Below, piece by piece: positions 9,095 through 18,459 of a stretch of DNA of 64,000 bases (within the stretch, counting starts at the first letter, position 1; every line of letters begins with the position of its first letter). The notes below the pieces were generated by a model. The model did not search any database and had not been told where the DNA came from. It saw only the letters and a list, made by a program, of their open reading frames with translations. A program made the translations under genes and the position numbers. The DNA comes from Pseudomonadota bacterium (GTDB lineage Bacteria; Pseudomonadota; Gammaproteobacteria; Burkholderiales; Burkholderiaceae_D): assembly GCA_039806045.1 (NCBI GenBank), contig JBDKLN010000050.1:1873-65872 (forward strand), written 5' to 3'.

Positions 9095-9973
9095 ATGCTG
9101 CACGCCGCCGCCGTCGTCACACCGGGACTTGCGCCTGACACCCGTCCGACACCGACCCGCAACGCCGATCACACCCTGATCGACCAATACCGGATCGCGG
9201 ACGAGCCCTACTACCTGCCGGTGCGCGACGAGATTGCGCAATTCGAGGCTGCCTATGCAGCACGCCTGCCGTTGATGCTGAAAGGCCCGACGGGTTGCGG
9301 CAAAACCCGCTTCGTCGAACACATGGCCTGGCGGCTCGGCCGTCCGCTGGTGACCGTGTCCTGCAATGAAGACACTACCGCCAGCGACCTGATCGGCCGC
9401 TTCCTGCTTGATGCGAGTGGCACCTATTGGCAGGATGGCCCGCTGACGCTGGCTGCGCGTGCCGGGGCGATCTGCTATCTCGATGAAGTGGTCGAAGCAC
9501 GGCAAGACACGGTGGTCGCCATTCACCCGCTGACGGATGCGCGTCGCAGCCTGTCGCTCGATCGCAAGAATGAACTGGTGCACGCGCACCCGGAGTTCCA
9601 GCTGGTGATCTCGTACAACCCGGGATATCAGCGCATGCTGAAAGACCTCAAGCCGTCGACCAAACAGCGCTTCGTCGCGCTCGACTTCCATTACCCGGCA
9701 CCCTCAGCCGAGTGCGACATCGTGATGCACGAAGGCTGCGTGCCGCAAAATGTCGCGGAAAAACTGGTAGCCATCGGCGCCAAGATGCGCAACCTGAAGG
9801 GCCACGGGCTGGATGAGGGCGCATCAACCCGGATGCTGATCTACGCCGCCACGCTGATCGGCAAGGGCATTGCCCCGGTCGCTGCTTGCCGCATGGCGCT
9901 GGTGCAGCCGATCAGTGATGACCCCGACATGCTTGATGCGCTGGAAAATGTCGTGCTTGGTTATTTCGAATGA
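9095..9973 (+). CDS. cbbQ: CbbQ/NirQ/NorQ-family MoxR AAA+ ATPase (CbbQ-like)
   Basis: EPYY, Walker A LKGPTGCGKTRF, CNEDTTASDLIGRFLL, WQDGPLT, Walker B CYLDEVVEARQD, SYNPGYQ, STKQRF, LDEGASTRML. SD ggag at 9086. Confidence 0.88.
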   Translation: MLHAAAVVTPGLAPDTRPTPTRNADHTLIDQYRIADEPYYLPVRDEIAQFEAAYAARLPLMLKGPTGCGKTRFVEHMAWRLGRPLVTVSCNEDTTASDLIGRFLLDASGTYWQDGPLTLAARAGAICYLDEVVEARQDTVVAIHPLTDARRSLSLDRKNELVHAHPEFQLVISYNPGYQRMLKDLKPSTKQRFVALDFHYPAPSAECDIVMHEGCVPQNVAEKLVAIGAKMRNLKGHGLDEGASTRMLIYAATLIGKGIAPVAACRMALVQPISDDPDMLDALENVVLGYFE

Positions 9974-11730
9974 CGACAGCCTTACAGCCCGCGCCGTCTG
10001 CGCCATACGGGTTGGAACAGGCCCGTCTTGGCCTGCGCTATTACCTGCGCGCGTTGTGGCGGCGCGAATTCAAGCTGCGGCCATGTGAAAGGAACACACA
10101 GCTGCGGCCGTTCCTGTCCGAGCACGGGATCCACCTGCCGCATCAGTATCACTCGCACCGTGGCCCTTTGCTGCGCGACCTGTACCGGGCCGCAGCGGCC
10201 CATGCAGCCGCGCATGCCGCGTACTCCACCAGCCGCTTCGAGCGCCAGCAGCTCAAGCCGGTGCAGCTGGCGATCATCGGGGTGCTGGAGGATGCTCGCG
10301 TCGAACTGCTGGCCATCAGCGACATGCCGGGCCTGCGCCGGCTGTGGCTGAAATTTTTCGATCACCGTGGCCGCGATGGCACCAGCGCCGAAGCGCTGTT
10401 GATTCGGCTCGCGCATGCGCTGCTCGACCCGCAACGTATCGACGACAACCCATGGGTCATGAAAGGCGTGCGGCACTTCCGCGAATCGCAGCGGCACGGA
10501 AGCAATCCGCAGGTCTTGCGTGAAATCGGGTCGCAGCTCGGCAATGACCTTGGCCAGATGCGCGTGCAATTCAATGCGAAGTCCTATCTGGTGGAGCCAC
10601 TGTACCGCGACGACAACTTGTACTTGTGGGATAGCGAAGCACCGCCAGAAGAGACCCGGATCGACGACCACGGCTTTCATGTCCACGATGATGCAACGCA
10701 GGCCGTGCCAGCCGCCGATGACAACGCCCCCGACGAACAGGGCTTGCGTCCGCGCGAAGTGGCAGGCCCACCCGACGAGCAGGGTGGCACAGACTTCGAT
10801 CATCCGACCTATCCCGAATGGGACCAGCGCATCGGTATTTTCCGGCCGAACTGGTGCCGTGTCATCGAACAGGTTCCTCCGGTGGTGGACACCGCGACCC
10901 TGCGCGATACCCTTGCGCGCCACGCAGTGCTATCGGCCCGGCTGGCCCAGCTGCTGCATGCCCGCAAGCAGGGCCGGCCGCAACGACTGAGGCGGCAACA
11001 AGACGGTGACGCGTTCGAGCTTGATGCACTGGTCAGGCTGCAGGCCGACCTGCGCAGCGGCATCGCCCCGGAACTGCGCTTGCATCGACGCACGCGGCTG
11101 CAAAAGCCTGACCTGTCGGTGTTGTTGCTGCTCGACCTGTCGGCATCAACCAACGAAGCGCTCATGGCAAAGCAGGCTTCAGCCACCGGTACCTTGGTGA
11201 AGGGCAGCCCCGTCACGCTGCTCTCTCTGATCCGGGAAAGCAGCGTACTGTTGGGCGATGCGATTGCGCAGGGGGGCGACCAACTGGCCATCCACGGCTT
11301 TCGCTCGAATGGGCGGCATGAAGTGAATTACCTGCGCTTCAAGGAATTCGGCCAGGCGATGGATGACAAGATCCTCGGCCGCATCGGCTCCGTTGACGGT
11401 GCGCTATCGACGCGACTGGGCGCGGCGATCCGCCATGCAAGCCGACTGATGCAGAAGTCACGCTCGACGCAACGGCTGATCATCGTGCTGACAGATGGTG
11501 AGCCACACGACATCGACGTCTTCCATCCGGGGCTGCTGGTGCATGATGCCGCACGTGCGGTCGCACGCTCGAATGCCGAGGGCACGCCCGTATTTTGCGT
11601 GTCGGTTGATCCCGGCGCCGAGGCTTACGTCCAAAAAATCTTCGGCGCACATCACTATCTATTGATTGACTGTGTCGAGCAGCTGCCGCAGCGGCTGCCC
11701 GAGCTCTATCTGAAGCTCAGCGCGTGGTGA
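9970..11730 (+). CDS. cbbO: CbbO/NorD-family VWA adaptor protein (CbbO-like, short N-terminus)
   Basis: YLRALW, IHLP, LYRAAAAHAAAH, EDARVE, YRDDN and YPEWD motifs; MIDAS DLSAS...STRLGAAIRHA...LTDGEPHD. ATGA overlap with cbbQ. Confidence 0.82.
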   Translation: MTTALQPAPSAPYGLEQARLGLRYYLRALWRREFKLRPCERNTQLRPFLSEHGIHLPHQYHSHRGPLLRDLYRAAAAHAAAHAAYSTSRFERQQLKPVQLAIIGVLEDARVELLAISDMPGLRRLWLKFFDHRGRDGTSAEALLIRLAHALLDPQRIDDNPWVMKGVRHFRESQRHGSNPQVLREIGSQLGNDLGQMRVQFNAKSYLVEPLYRDDNLYLWDSEAPPEETRIDDHGFHVHDDATQAVPAADDNAPDEQGLRPREVAGPPDEQGGTDFDHPTYPEWDQRIGIFRPNWCRVIEQVPPVVDTATLRDTLARHAVLSARLAQLLHARKQGRPQRLRRQQDGDAFELDALVRLQADLRSGIAPELRLHRRTRLQKPDLSVLLLLDLSASTNEALMAKQASATGTLVKGSPVTLLSLIRESSVLLGDAIAQGGDQLAIHGFRSNGRHEVNYLRFKEFGQAMDDKILGRIGSVDGALSTRLGAAIRHASRLMQKSRSTQRLIIVLTDGEPHDIDVFHPGLLVHDAARAVARSNAEGTPVFCVSVDPGAEAYVQKIFGAHHYLLIDCVEQLPQRLPELYLKLSAW

Positions 11731-12661
11731 ATTGCCAGCTGCGCTCGACGACTTGCTCGTCGACATGGCCGGTAAAATTCACGATGTAGGTCGTGCCGTT
11801 GTGCAAGGGGCGAATCGGAATGATGGCGGCAGCCGACGGCGGCGTGTCGCGATCGACGGCCGAATTCATCTGGCGCACTGCGATGGCCTGTCCGTCCGCA
11901 TCGCTGAGCGTGAAGCTATCGACGCGCATGACTGAAATCAGGTTCGCGTGAACGCTGACCGGATAGCCGACTTCATCGGCCTCCGGTACGGGATCCGGCG
12001 TTTCCTGGTCACTGAAGAAGTTGGTACGCACGTTTTTTTGCGATGGCAACGGCCAGACCGCGACACTGCCTTTGGCGATGCCCGCCGAGCCCTCGAGTCC
12101 GACCAAGTTCATCGTCAGCCAGTAGAAGCTGCCGTCGCGATGCGCAGCACCGGCCCCGGCTGCATTGAACATGGGTTCCAGCACGACATAGCGATGGTAG
12201 ATCGCACCCAGCAAACCTTCGACAGCGGCGAACCCATCCGACGTCCCGGTGGCGGCAATCACTTCGCCATCGGCGAACGCCGTGGCGAGCAAAGGGAAAT
12301 CCGCAGCACGCAAGCGCTCAGACGCCGTCGTCGCAAAAAAACCAGGCTTGCGGCTGTCTTCGTCGTGTGTGACGACGTCGTTCGACTGCTGATAGTTTGC
12401 GTGGCGTGACGCCGCAAGATCAAGCCGCTCATCGCGTGACAGCGCAGGCAAATCGGCTTGTGCGCGGCGAAAATTCAACCAGGTGATGCCGTCAAGGGCG
12501 ACGTTTCCAGACGCGGCCGGCGCGCCGGCCTCCATGGCTGTCAACTGCGCTGCATCAGGTTCGGTGGGATGATCGATGCCGCCACAAGCCGACAGCAGTG
12601 CAGCGCTCGCCGACAAGAACAGCCGCCGCACGGGCAGCGTGAATACGGATGGTGCCGCCAT
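11717..12661 (-). CDS. CAP (SCP-like) domain lipoprotein with C-terminal Ig-like region
   Basis: Lipobox LLSAC; LNFRRAQADLPAL, AASRHANY, THDE, GEVIA and AIYHR CAP-type motifs. Confidence 0.75.
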   Translation of the reverse strand: MAAPSVFTLPVRRLFLSASAALLSACGGIDHPTEPDAAQLTAMEAGAPAASGNVALDGITWLNFRRAQADLPALSRDERLDLAASRHANYQQSNDVVTHDEDSRKPGFFATTASERLRAADFPLLATAFADGEVIAATGTSDGFAAVEGLLGAIYHRYVVLEPMFNAAGAGAAHRDGSFYWLTMNLVGLEGSAGIAKGSVAVWPLPSQKNVRTNFFSDQETPDPVPEADEVGYPVSVHANLISVMRVDSFTLSDADGQAIAVRQMNSAVDRDTPPSAAAIIPIRPLHNGTTYIVNFTGHVDEQVVERSWQFTTR

Positions 12662-12766
12662 ACACGCGCTCCGCCGGCGCGTGCTGAAGGGACACGCTTC
12701 CGGCCACCATGCAACTCCCTGCGCTGCTGACGCAGCGGGATTTTGACCCTGCCGGCGTCGGCGGGT

Positions 12767-13255
12767 TCAGCGCAGCGCTTCGAAGCAACCCTGTTCGCGA
12801 TTTTTTTTCACATTATCCCAATCGAACAGCTGGCCGTTCATCGCGATGTAAACACCCGGCTTCGACAGTCGCGCGGCCGCGCACGCAAAACCGAGATTAA
12901 AGAACGCATCGGACTCATCGACCAGGTAGGGCACCATGGCGCCGGTCAGAACGATGGTCTTGTTCAGCTGCGCCGCACCCAGCACCGCCGCGGTCTCGCG
13001 CATGGTGTCGGTGCCATGCACGATGACGATGTGATCTTCTGTCGAGCGCTGGCAGGACTGCAGCACTTGTTTGCGGTGTTCGTCCAGCATGTCGAGCGAG
13101 TCGAGCGCGAGCAAGGCTTCGAACACGCAATCCTGCGCAATCCGCGCGCGCTTCAGTGCGCCGGGGAGTACGCTGTCACGGAAATAAAGATGGCCCGTCA
13201 AAGGATCGTAGTGCTTGTCGAAAGTGCCGCCGGTGGCGATGATGCGCAGGCTCAT
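12767..13255 (-). CDS. Short asparaginase N-terminal-domain protein
   Basis: IIATGGTFDK, DSLDM, HGTDTM, VLTGAM and SDAFFNL motifs; start placed at ATG 13255; lacks the C-terminal domain. Confidence 0.85.
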   Translation of the reverse strand: MSLRIIATGGTFDKHYDPLTGHLYFRDSVLPGALKRARIAQDCVFEALLALDSLDMLDEHRKQVLQSCQRSTEDHIVIVHGTDTMRETAAVLGAAQLNKTIVLTGAMVPYLVDESDAFFNLGFACAAARLSKPGVYIAMNGQLFDWDNVKKNREQGCFEALR

Positions 13256-13322
13256 GGTCAAGATGCTGAAAAATTTTTCCCATGATAGCGCGGCCTGAAT
13301 AGCGACTGCCAAAATTGCGGGC

Positions 13323-13419
13323 AAAAAAATGGAGTGGGACACCAGGGACCCACTCCTAAATTGCTGGACAGCCCGAGCGACGAAAGTCCGGGCTGCCCGC
13401 CATCCGAGACAAGATGGAC
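13323..13419 (-). ncRNA. Candidate small RNA (three hairpins, the last an intrinsic terminator)
   Basis: Minus strand: ccatc/gatgg hairpin, gggcagcccg/cgggctgtcc hairpin, then ggagtggg/cccactcc + A + T7. Possible -10 TACGAT at 13429-13424. Confidence 0.45.
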
Positions 13420-13624
13420 TTGCATCGTAATTTCATATGTGACACTGCGCGAAATCACATGCTGGTTTGTCATGATCGTATTCGACGACACTCAGTCATC
13501 GCGCTGAATAGTTCCGTCGACCGAACAAATATTCTCTTTTCACTCTGTCAGAGTCTGCCGTTACACTGGCCGCTGTTTTGACTTTTCCCGCACCCGCCAC
13601 GCCAGCAATTGTCTCGCGCGACCC

Positions 13625-14401
13625 ATGAAACCCATCGCACCCGGCACCGTCATTTTTCATCGCTATCGCGGCTACGGCGTGATCACGTCCGTCAACCTGA
13701 TGACTGGCTGGATCTCTGCGCGCTTTGGCGGCGAAGGACGCACGTTGGACCTGAATTTGTCGTGCGACCAGGTACAGCATGCCGATGGCGAGCCCATCGC
13801 ATTCCGGCGCTCGCCACCGGAGCGCATGCCGCATGGACGGCTGATGGCGATGATGCGCGAGTTGCACAAGGCAGGTTACCAGCGGCTGTACCTGTACAGC
13901 TGGCCCAAGCCTTCAGGACTGCACTGGCGCTGGCATCTGTTTACCGGGCCGCGCGATTGGGTATCGCGCCCGTGGCGCGAAGGCTGGTATGGCTCGGGCG
14001 CGGAGTACAACCTGAACCCGGTGCTGGGCTGGGGCGACGCGCCCGGCGCAAGCGCGCAGGAATTGCTGCAGGCGCTGGCGAAGTTCGATCCGCACGGATT
14101 GTCACGCGCGCTGGGTCGCGATGAAGACCACACCGCGTGGTTCGCCGAGGTCTGCGATGCGCTGCTGCCGAACTACACCTATACGCTGGGATGGGACAGC
14201 CACGATGGAACGCTGCCCGATTACCTGCCGGTGATCCCGCTGCACAGTCAGGTCGCGCCCTATGCGGGGCCGGCTCTGTCATGGCCGCCCGGTTGGGGTG
14301 GACTGTGGCGACGCGGGCGCCACGCTGTCCACACACCATCGCGCAACGCCATATTGCCTAAAACAGATCCCGCTGGCGCCCCTTCAAACGCCGAGCGTTG
14401 A
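13625..14401 (+). CDS. Hypothetical protein (N-terminal SH3/Tudor-like segment, Trp-rich C-terminal domain)
   Basis: 258-aa ORF with plausible composition: PGTVIFHRYRGYGVIT, then ELHKAGYQRL...PSGLHWRW. Confidence 0.65.
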   Translation: MKPIAPGTVIFHRYRGYGVITSVNLMTGWISARFGGEGRTLDLNLSCDQVQHADGEPIAFRRSPPERMPHGRLMAMMRELHKAGYQRLYLYSWPKPSGLHWRWHLFTGPRDWVSRPWREGWYGSGAEYNLNPVLGWGDAPGASAQELLQALAKFDPHGLSRALGRDEDHTAWFAEVCDALLPNYTYTLGWDSHDGTLPDYLPVIPLHSQVAPYAGPALSWPPGWGGLWRRGRHAVHTPSRNAILPKTDPAGAPSNAER

Positions 14402-14948
14402 TCGAGGCGATCGAGACCTCCCGTGCGCCGGGAATCAGTTGCAAAGCCATGCCGGCCTCGACATCGGCCGGCTGCACGACTTTCAGGTAAATCCCCGAAT
14501 AGCCGGACTGAAGCATCTGTTTGATCGCATGCGGGTAACCCATGCGTGCGCCGAACTTGTAGCAAGGCTGGCGTGGCTCGGTGACCTCGAGCAGCAGCGC
14601 GCCTGCTTGCAAACGGTCGCCCACCCACAAATCTTGTTCAAGCAAGCCTTCGGTAGTGAGGTTTTCGCCTAGCGCACCGGGCAATAATGTGACGGCTTGC
14701 CTGAAAACGCGTTCGGCCTCTGCTTGCCAGAACGCGTAATGCTCGCTCGGGTAAGCGTAGACCGCTTTCTCCAATCCGCCATGGACCGACTGGTCGGCCT
14801 GCTCGTCGCCGCTCAGGCCCAGCGGCCGCACGGCGACCTTGCCCGCAACGGCTTGCTTGCGTATCGCCGATTGCACGTTCTGCGCATTGCCGTCGGCTTT
14901 CACGAACAAGGGGGCGACGATGCCGGTGTTAACGCTGATGATCTTCAT
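14358..14948 (-). CDS. MOSC domain protein (YiiM-like)
   Basis: IISVNTG, GLSGDEQAD, HGGLEKAVY, GENL, EPRQPCYK and SGIYL motifs; start ATG 14948. Confidence 0.88.
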   Translation of the reverse strand: MKIISVNTGIVAPLFVKADGNAQNVQSAIRKQAVAGKVAVRPLGLSGDEQADQSVHGGLEKAVYAYPSEHYAFWQAEAERVFRQAVTLLPGALGENLTTEGLLEQDLWVGDRLQAGALLLEVTEPRQPCYKFGARMGYPHAIKQMLQSGYSGIYLKVVQPADVEAGMALQLIPGAREVSIASINARRLKGRQRDLF

Positions 14949-15027
14949 GGTGCGGTAAGCCGTGTGGCGCCAGGTTGGTCGGTTTGAAGGCTGTTGGTTT
15001 GGTCGCCGTGATGCGTTAGCAAGACAA

Positions 15028-16002
15028 TCAGGCCGAACCCCGTTCTTTTGCATCGCTGACAATCGCTTCGAACAAGGGCCGGAAATACATCTCATAGCTG
15101 TCCTGTTCGACATAGCCGAGGTGGGGGGTTGCGATCAGGTTCTCCAGTTGCAGCAAAGAAGCTGTCGCCGGCAGCGGCTCAGTCTCGAATACATCGATCG
15201 CCGCAGCGCCGGGACGGCCCGCCTGCAGCGCAGCCTCCAGTGCACCCGGCACCAGTAATTCAGCGCGGCTGGTGTTGACCAGCAGCGCGTCGGGTTTCAT
15301 CAGCGCCAGGTCGTCGGCCGTGATCAGGTGGCGCGTGCCGTCCGACAGCCGCAGGTGCAGCGTCAGGACATCGGCGCGAGCAAAGAAATCGGCACGACTG
15401 TCAGCGACCATCAGGCCATCGCTGCGTGCGCGTGCCCGGCCTTCGTCGCTGCCCCAGACCATCACGTGCATGCCAAAGGCTTGCGCATAGCGGGCGACAC
15501 GCTGGCCAATGCGACCATAGCCCCAGATTCCCAGCGTCCTGCCATTGACGGCGCGGCCGATGCGGCTTCGCTCGGGGCGCATGGACGAAGCTTGCCACAG
15601 CCCTTGCCGCAGCAAGCCGGCGTATTGCAGCACATGGCGGCTGCCTGCCAGCACCAGTGCCCAGGTCAGCTCGGCGGTGGCGACCGGGTCGCCCGGGCCG
15701 TCAACGACCCTGATGCCGCGTTCACGCGCAGCGTCGACATCGATATGAACGCCGACCCGGCCCGTCTGGCAGATCATTTTCAGATTGGGCAAGCGCGCCA
15801 GCAGCGCGCGATCGATCCGTGTTCGCTCCCGGATCAGCACCAGTACGTCAAACGGCGCGAGCCGGATCGCCAACTGTCCCAGCCCGCGCGCACCGTGGTT
15901 GAAGACCTTGACGTTCAGCCCTTCCAGCAAGTTGAAGCAGGGCAGGTGGCGAACGGCGTCCTGATAATCGTCCAGAATGGCAATCTTGAGTGGGGAATCC
16001 AT
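15028..16002 (-). CDS. D-2-hydroxyacid dehydrogenase family protein
   Basis: IAILDDYQ, IRERT, GIWGYGRIG, VNTSRAEL, DVFETEP and TPHLGY motifs; start ATG 16002. Confidence 0.88.
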   Translation of the reverse strand: MDSPLKIAILDDYQDAVRHLPCFNLLEGLNVKVFNHGARGLGQLAIRLAPFDVLVLIRERTRIDRALLARLPNLKMICQTGRVGVHIDVDAARERGIRVVDGPGDPVATAELTWALVLAGSRHVLQYAGLLRQGLWQASSMRPERSRIGRAVNGRTLGIWGYGRIGQRVARYAQAFGMHVMVWGSDEGRARARSDGLMVADSRADFFARADVLTLHLRLSDGTRHLITADDLALMKPDALLVNTSRAELLVPGALEAALQAGRPGAAAIDVFETEPLPATASLLQLENLIATPHLGYVEQDSYEMYFRPLFEAIVSDAKERGSA

Positions 16003-16411
16003 GCGGATGGCGCGGACGACTTGCTTAGAAGAAATTTTTCGAATTGCCAATTTTTAGGCAATTTTGTCGGGTATTTATAGAATTTTGCCAGCAATTAGTT
16101 TTGGCTTTTGACCGATTGTCCCTACTGTTTTGACCGAAAGCAGGCAGGTCGCCAAGGTGAGGGGAGTAAAATCCCCCGACCAGATTTCGTTTCGCTTTCA
16201 TTTCATTTTAATCCGAGACAGCTGCGCCCCAAGCACGCCGGCCACATCACCCGCCGGGCGTGCTATGCGGAAATACCGCCGCATTCGACAAGACCGCCGT
16301 ACACCCGCCGTCCTTTGCGCTGCCCATCGCGCCCTGTGTCGATCCCGGGTCGCCACAAGCTGACGACGATCCTGCCGGCCAGGCAAGCTTCATTGCATGG
16401 AGGTAGTTTTC

Positions 16412-18268
16412 ATGAATCAGCCCGCTATGGCCGGCATTAAGCCGGTCAACGCCCCCGACTACGTGAAGAACCAGAAACTGGTTGCCTGGGTAGCGGAAAT
16501 CGCCGCCCTGACGACCCCGGACCAGATTGTCTGGTGCGACGGTTCGCAAGAAGAATACGACCGCCTGTGCGCCCAAATGGTCGCCGCCGGCACCATGAAA
16601 AAGCTGAACCAGGCCAAGCGCCCGAACAGCTATCTGGCCAATTCGGATCCGTCCGACGTCGCGCGCGTGGAAGACCGCACTTTCATCTGCTCGGAAAAGC
16701 AGGAAGACGCCGGCCCGACCAACAACTGGGTCGCACCGGCCGAGATGCGCGCCACCTTGCATGGCCTGTTCGAAGGCTGCATGCGCGGCCGCACAATGTA
16801 CGTGGTGCCGTTCTCGATGGGCCCGCTGGGCTCGCCGATCGCGCACATCGGCGTCGAACTGTCAGACTCGCCGTATGTGGCGGTCAACATGCGCATCATG
16901 ACCCGCATGGGCAAGGCCGTGTATGACGTACTGGGCGAGCACGGCGAGTTCGTGCCCTGCGTTCACACCGTCGGCGCACCGCTGTCGGCGGGCCAGGCTG
17001 ACGTGCCGTGGCCCTGCAATCCGACCAAATATATCGTCCACTACCCCGAGACCCGGGAAATCTGGTCCTTCGGCTCCGGCTACGGCGGCAATGCGCTGCT
17101 GGGCAAGAAGTGCTTTGCGCTGCGCATCGCATCAACCATGGGCCGCGACCAGGGCTGGCTGGCCGAGCACATGCTGATCCTCGGCGTCGAATCGCCGGCC
17201 GGTGACAAGCACTATGTCGCGGCGGCGTTCCCTTCGGCTTGCGGCAAGACCAACTTCGCGATGCTGATTCCGCCGACGGGCCTGAATGGCTGGAAGATCA
17301 CCACCATCGGCGATGACATCGCCTGGATCAAGCCGGGCAAGGATGGCCGCCTGTACGCGATCAACCCCGAAGCCGGTTATTTCGGCGTCGCGCCGGGTAC
17401 CAATGCGAAGACCAATGCGAACTGCATGGCCTCGCTGGAAGCCAATGTCATCTTCACCAACGTCGCGCTGACCGACGATGGCGACGTCTGGTGGGAGGGC
17501 ATGAGCAAGGAAGCGCCGGCCCACCTGATCGACTGGCAGGGCAAGGACTGGACGCCGCAGATCGCGGCCGAGACCGGCCGCAAGGCAGCCCATCCGAACG
17601 CCCGCTTCACCGTGTCGGCCACACAAAATCCGGTGCTGGACCCGTCGTGGGATGATCCAGCCGGCGTGCCGATCTCGGCCTTCATCTTCGGTGGCCGCCG
17701 CTCGACCACCGTGCCGCTGGTGACCGAAGCCCGCGACTGGATCGAGGGTGTGTACATGGCCGCGACCATGGGCTCCGAAACCACCGCTGCAGCGGCTGGC
17801 CAGCAGGGCGTGGTGCGCCGCGACCCATTCGCGATGCTGCCCTTCATCGGCTACAACATGAGCGACTATTTTGCGCACTGGCTGTCGATCGGCGAGCGTG
17901 TGGCCGCCGCCGGCGCGCAGCAGCCCAAGATCTTCTGCGTGAACTGGTTCCGCACCGATGACAACGGCAAGTTCATCTGGCCCGGCTTCGGCGACAACAT
18001 GCGCGTGCTGAAGTGGATGCTGGACCGAATCGCCGGTAATGCGGGTGGCGACGAAAATATCTTCGGCGTCACACCGCGTTACGACGACCTGCCGTGGGAT
18101 GGCATCGAGTTCGGCGCCGACGCGTATGCACGCATCACGTCAATCGAGATCGATGCATGGCAAGCCGAGTTGGCGCTGCATGACGAACTGTTCGACAAGC
18201 TTCGCCACCGCTTGCCGTCCGAACTGGAACAGGTCAAGGCACGCATCGCGCAACGACTGTCGTCCTGA
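16412..18268 (+). CDS. pckG: Phosphoenolpyruvate carboxykinase (GTP)
   Basis: [57 protein letters not shown] and WPGFGDN motifs; SD ggagg before ATG 16412. Confidence 0.96.
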   Translation: MNQPAMAGIKPVNAPDYVKNQKLVAWVAEIAALTTPDQIVWCDGSQEEYDRLCAQMVAAGTMKKLNQAKRPNSYLANSDPSDVARVEDRTFICSEKQEDAGPTNNWVAPAEMRATLHGLFEGCMRGRTMYVVPFSMGPLGSPIAHIGVELSDSPYVAVNMRIMTRMGKAVYDVLGEHGEFVPCVHTVGAPLSAGQADVPWPCNPTKYIVHYPETREIWSFGSGYGGNALLGKKCFALRIASTMGRDQGWLAEHMLILGVESPAGDKHYVAAAFPSACGKTNFAMLIPPTGLNGWKITTIGDDIAWIKPGKDGRLYAINPEAGYFGVAPGTNAKTNANCMASLEANVIFTNVALTDDGDVWWEGMSKEAPAHLIDWQGKDWTPQIAAETGRKAAHPNARFTVSATQNPVLDPSWDDPAGVPISAFIFGGRRSTTVPLVTEARDWIEGVYMAATMGSETTAAAAGQQGVVRRDPFAMLPFIGYNMSDYFAHWLSIGERVAAAGAQQPKIFCVNWFRTDDNGKFIWPGFGDNMRVLKWMLDRIAGNAGGDENIFGVTPRYDDLPWDGIEFGADAYARITSIEIDAWQAELALHDELFDKLRHRLPSELEQVKARIAQRLSS

Positions 18269-18314
18269 TGCGTTGACGCCATGCGCGGCCCCGCCCATTG
18301 GCGGGCGGGGCATC

Positions 18315-18343
18315 AAGCGGCCGGTTGTCCCGGCCGTTTTTTT
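18315..18343 (+). terminator. Intrinsic terminator after pckG
   Basis: gcggccgg-ttgtc-ccggccg followed by a T7 tract. Confidence 0.75.
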
Positions 18344-18459
18344 CGTCCGCGCGCAAGCTTCGCGGACATGACTGCGATGTAGGCGGTCTTTGTACGCCTG
18401 CAATGCAGCGATGTGGTACATCAGCGGTATCATGCGCTCACTAATCGAACTGATCGCGC

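Noticed and set aside
9095-11730. Annotation as NorQ/NorD of nitric oxide reductase, or as evidence of Calvin-cycle autotrophy
   Set aside because: No nor, nir or Rubisco genes in the window, and the motifs favour CbbQ/CbbO over NorQ/NorD. Distant client genes cannot be excluded from this window alone.
12767-13255. Truncated asparaginase pseudogene
   Set aside because: The catalytic motifs (TGGT, HGTDT) are intact and the stop is clean; short single-domain members of this family exist.
13258-13491. 77-aa minus-strand ORF across the candidate sRNA
   Set aside because: It runs through a strong terminator, has atypical composition and shows no recognisable motif.
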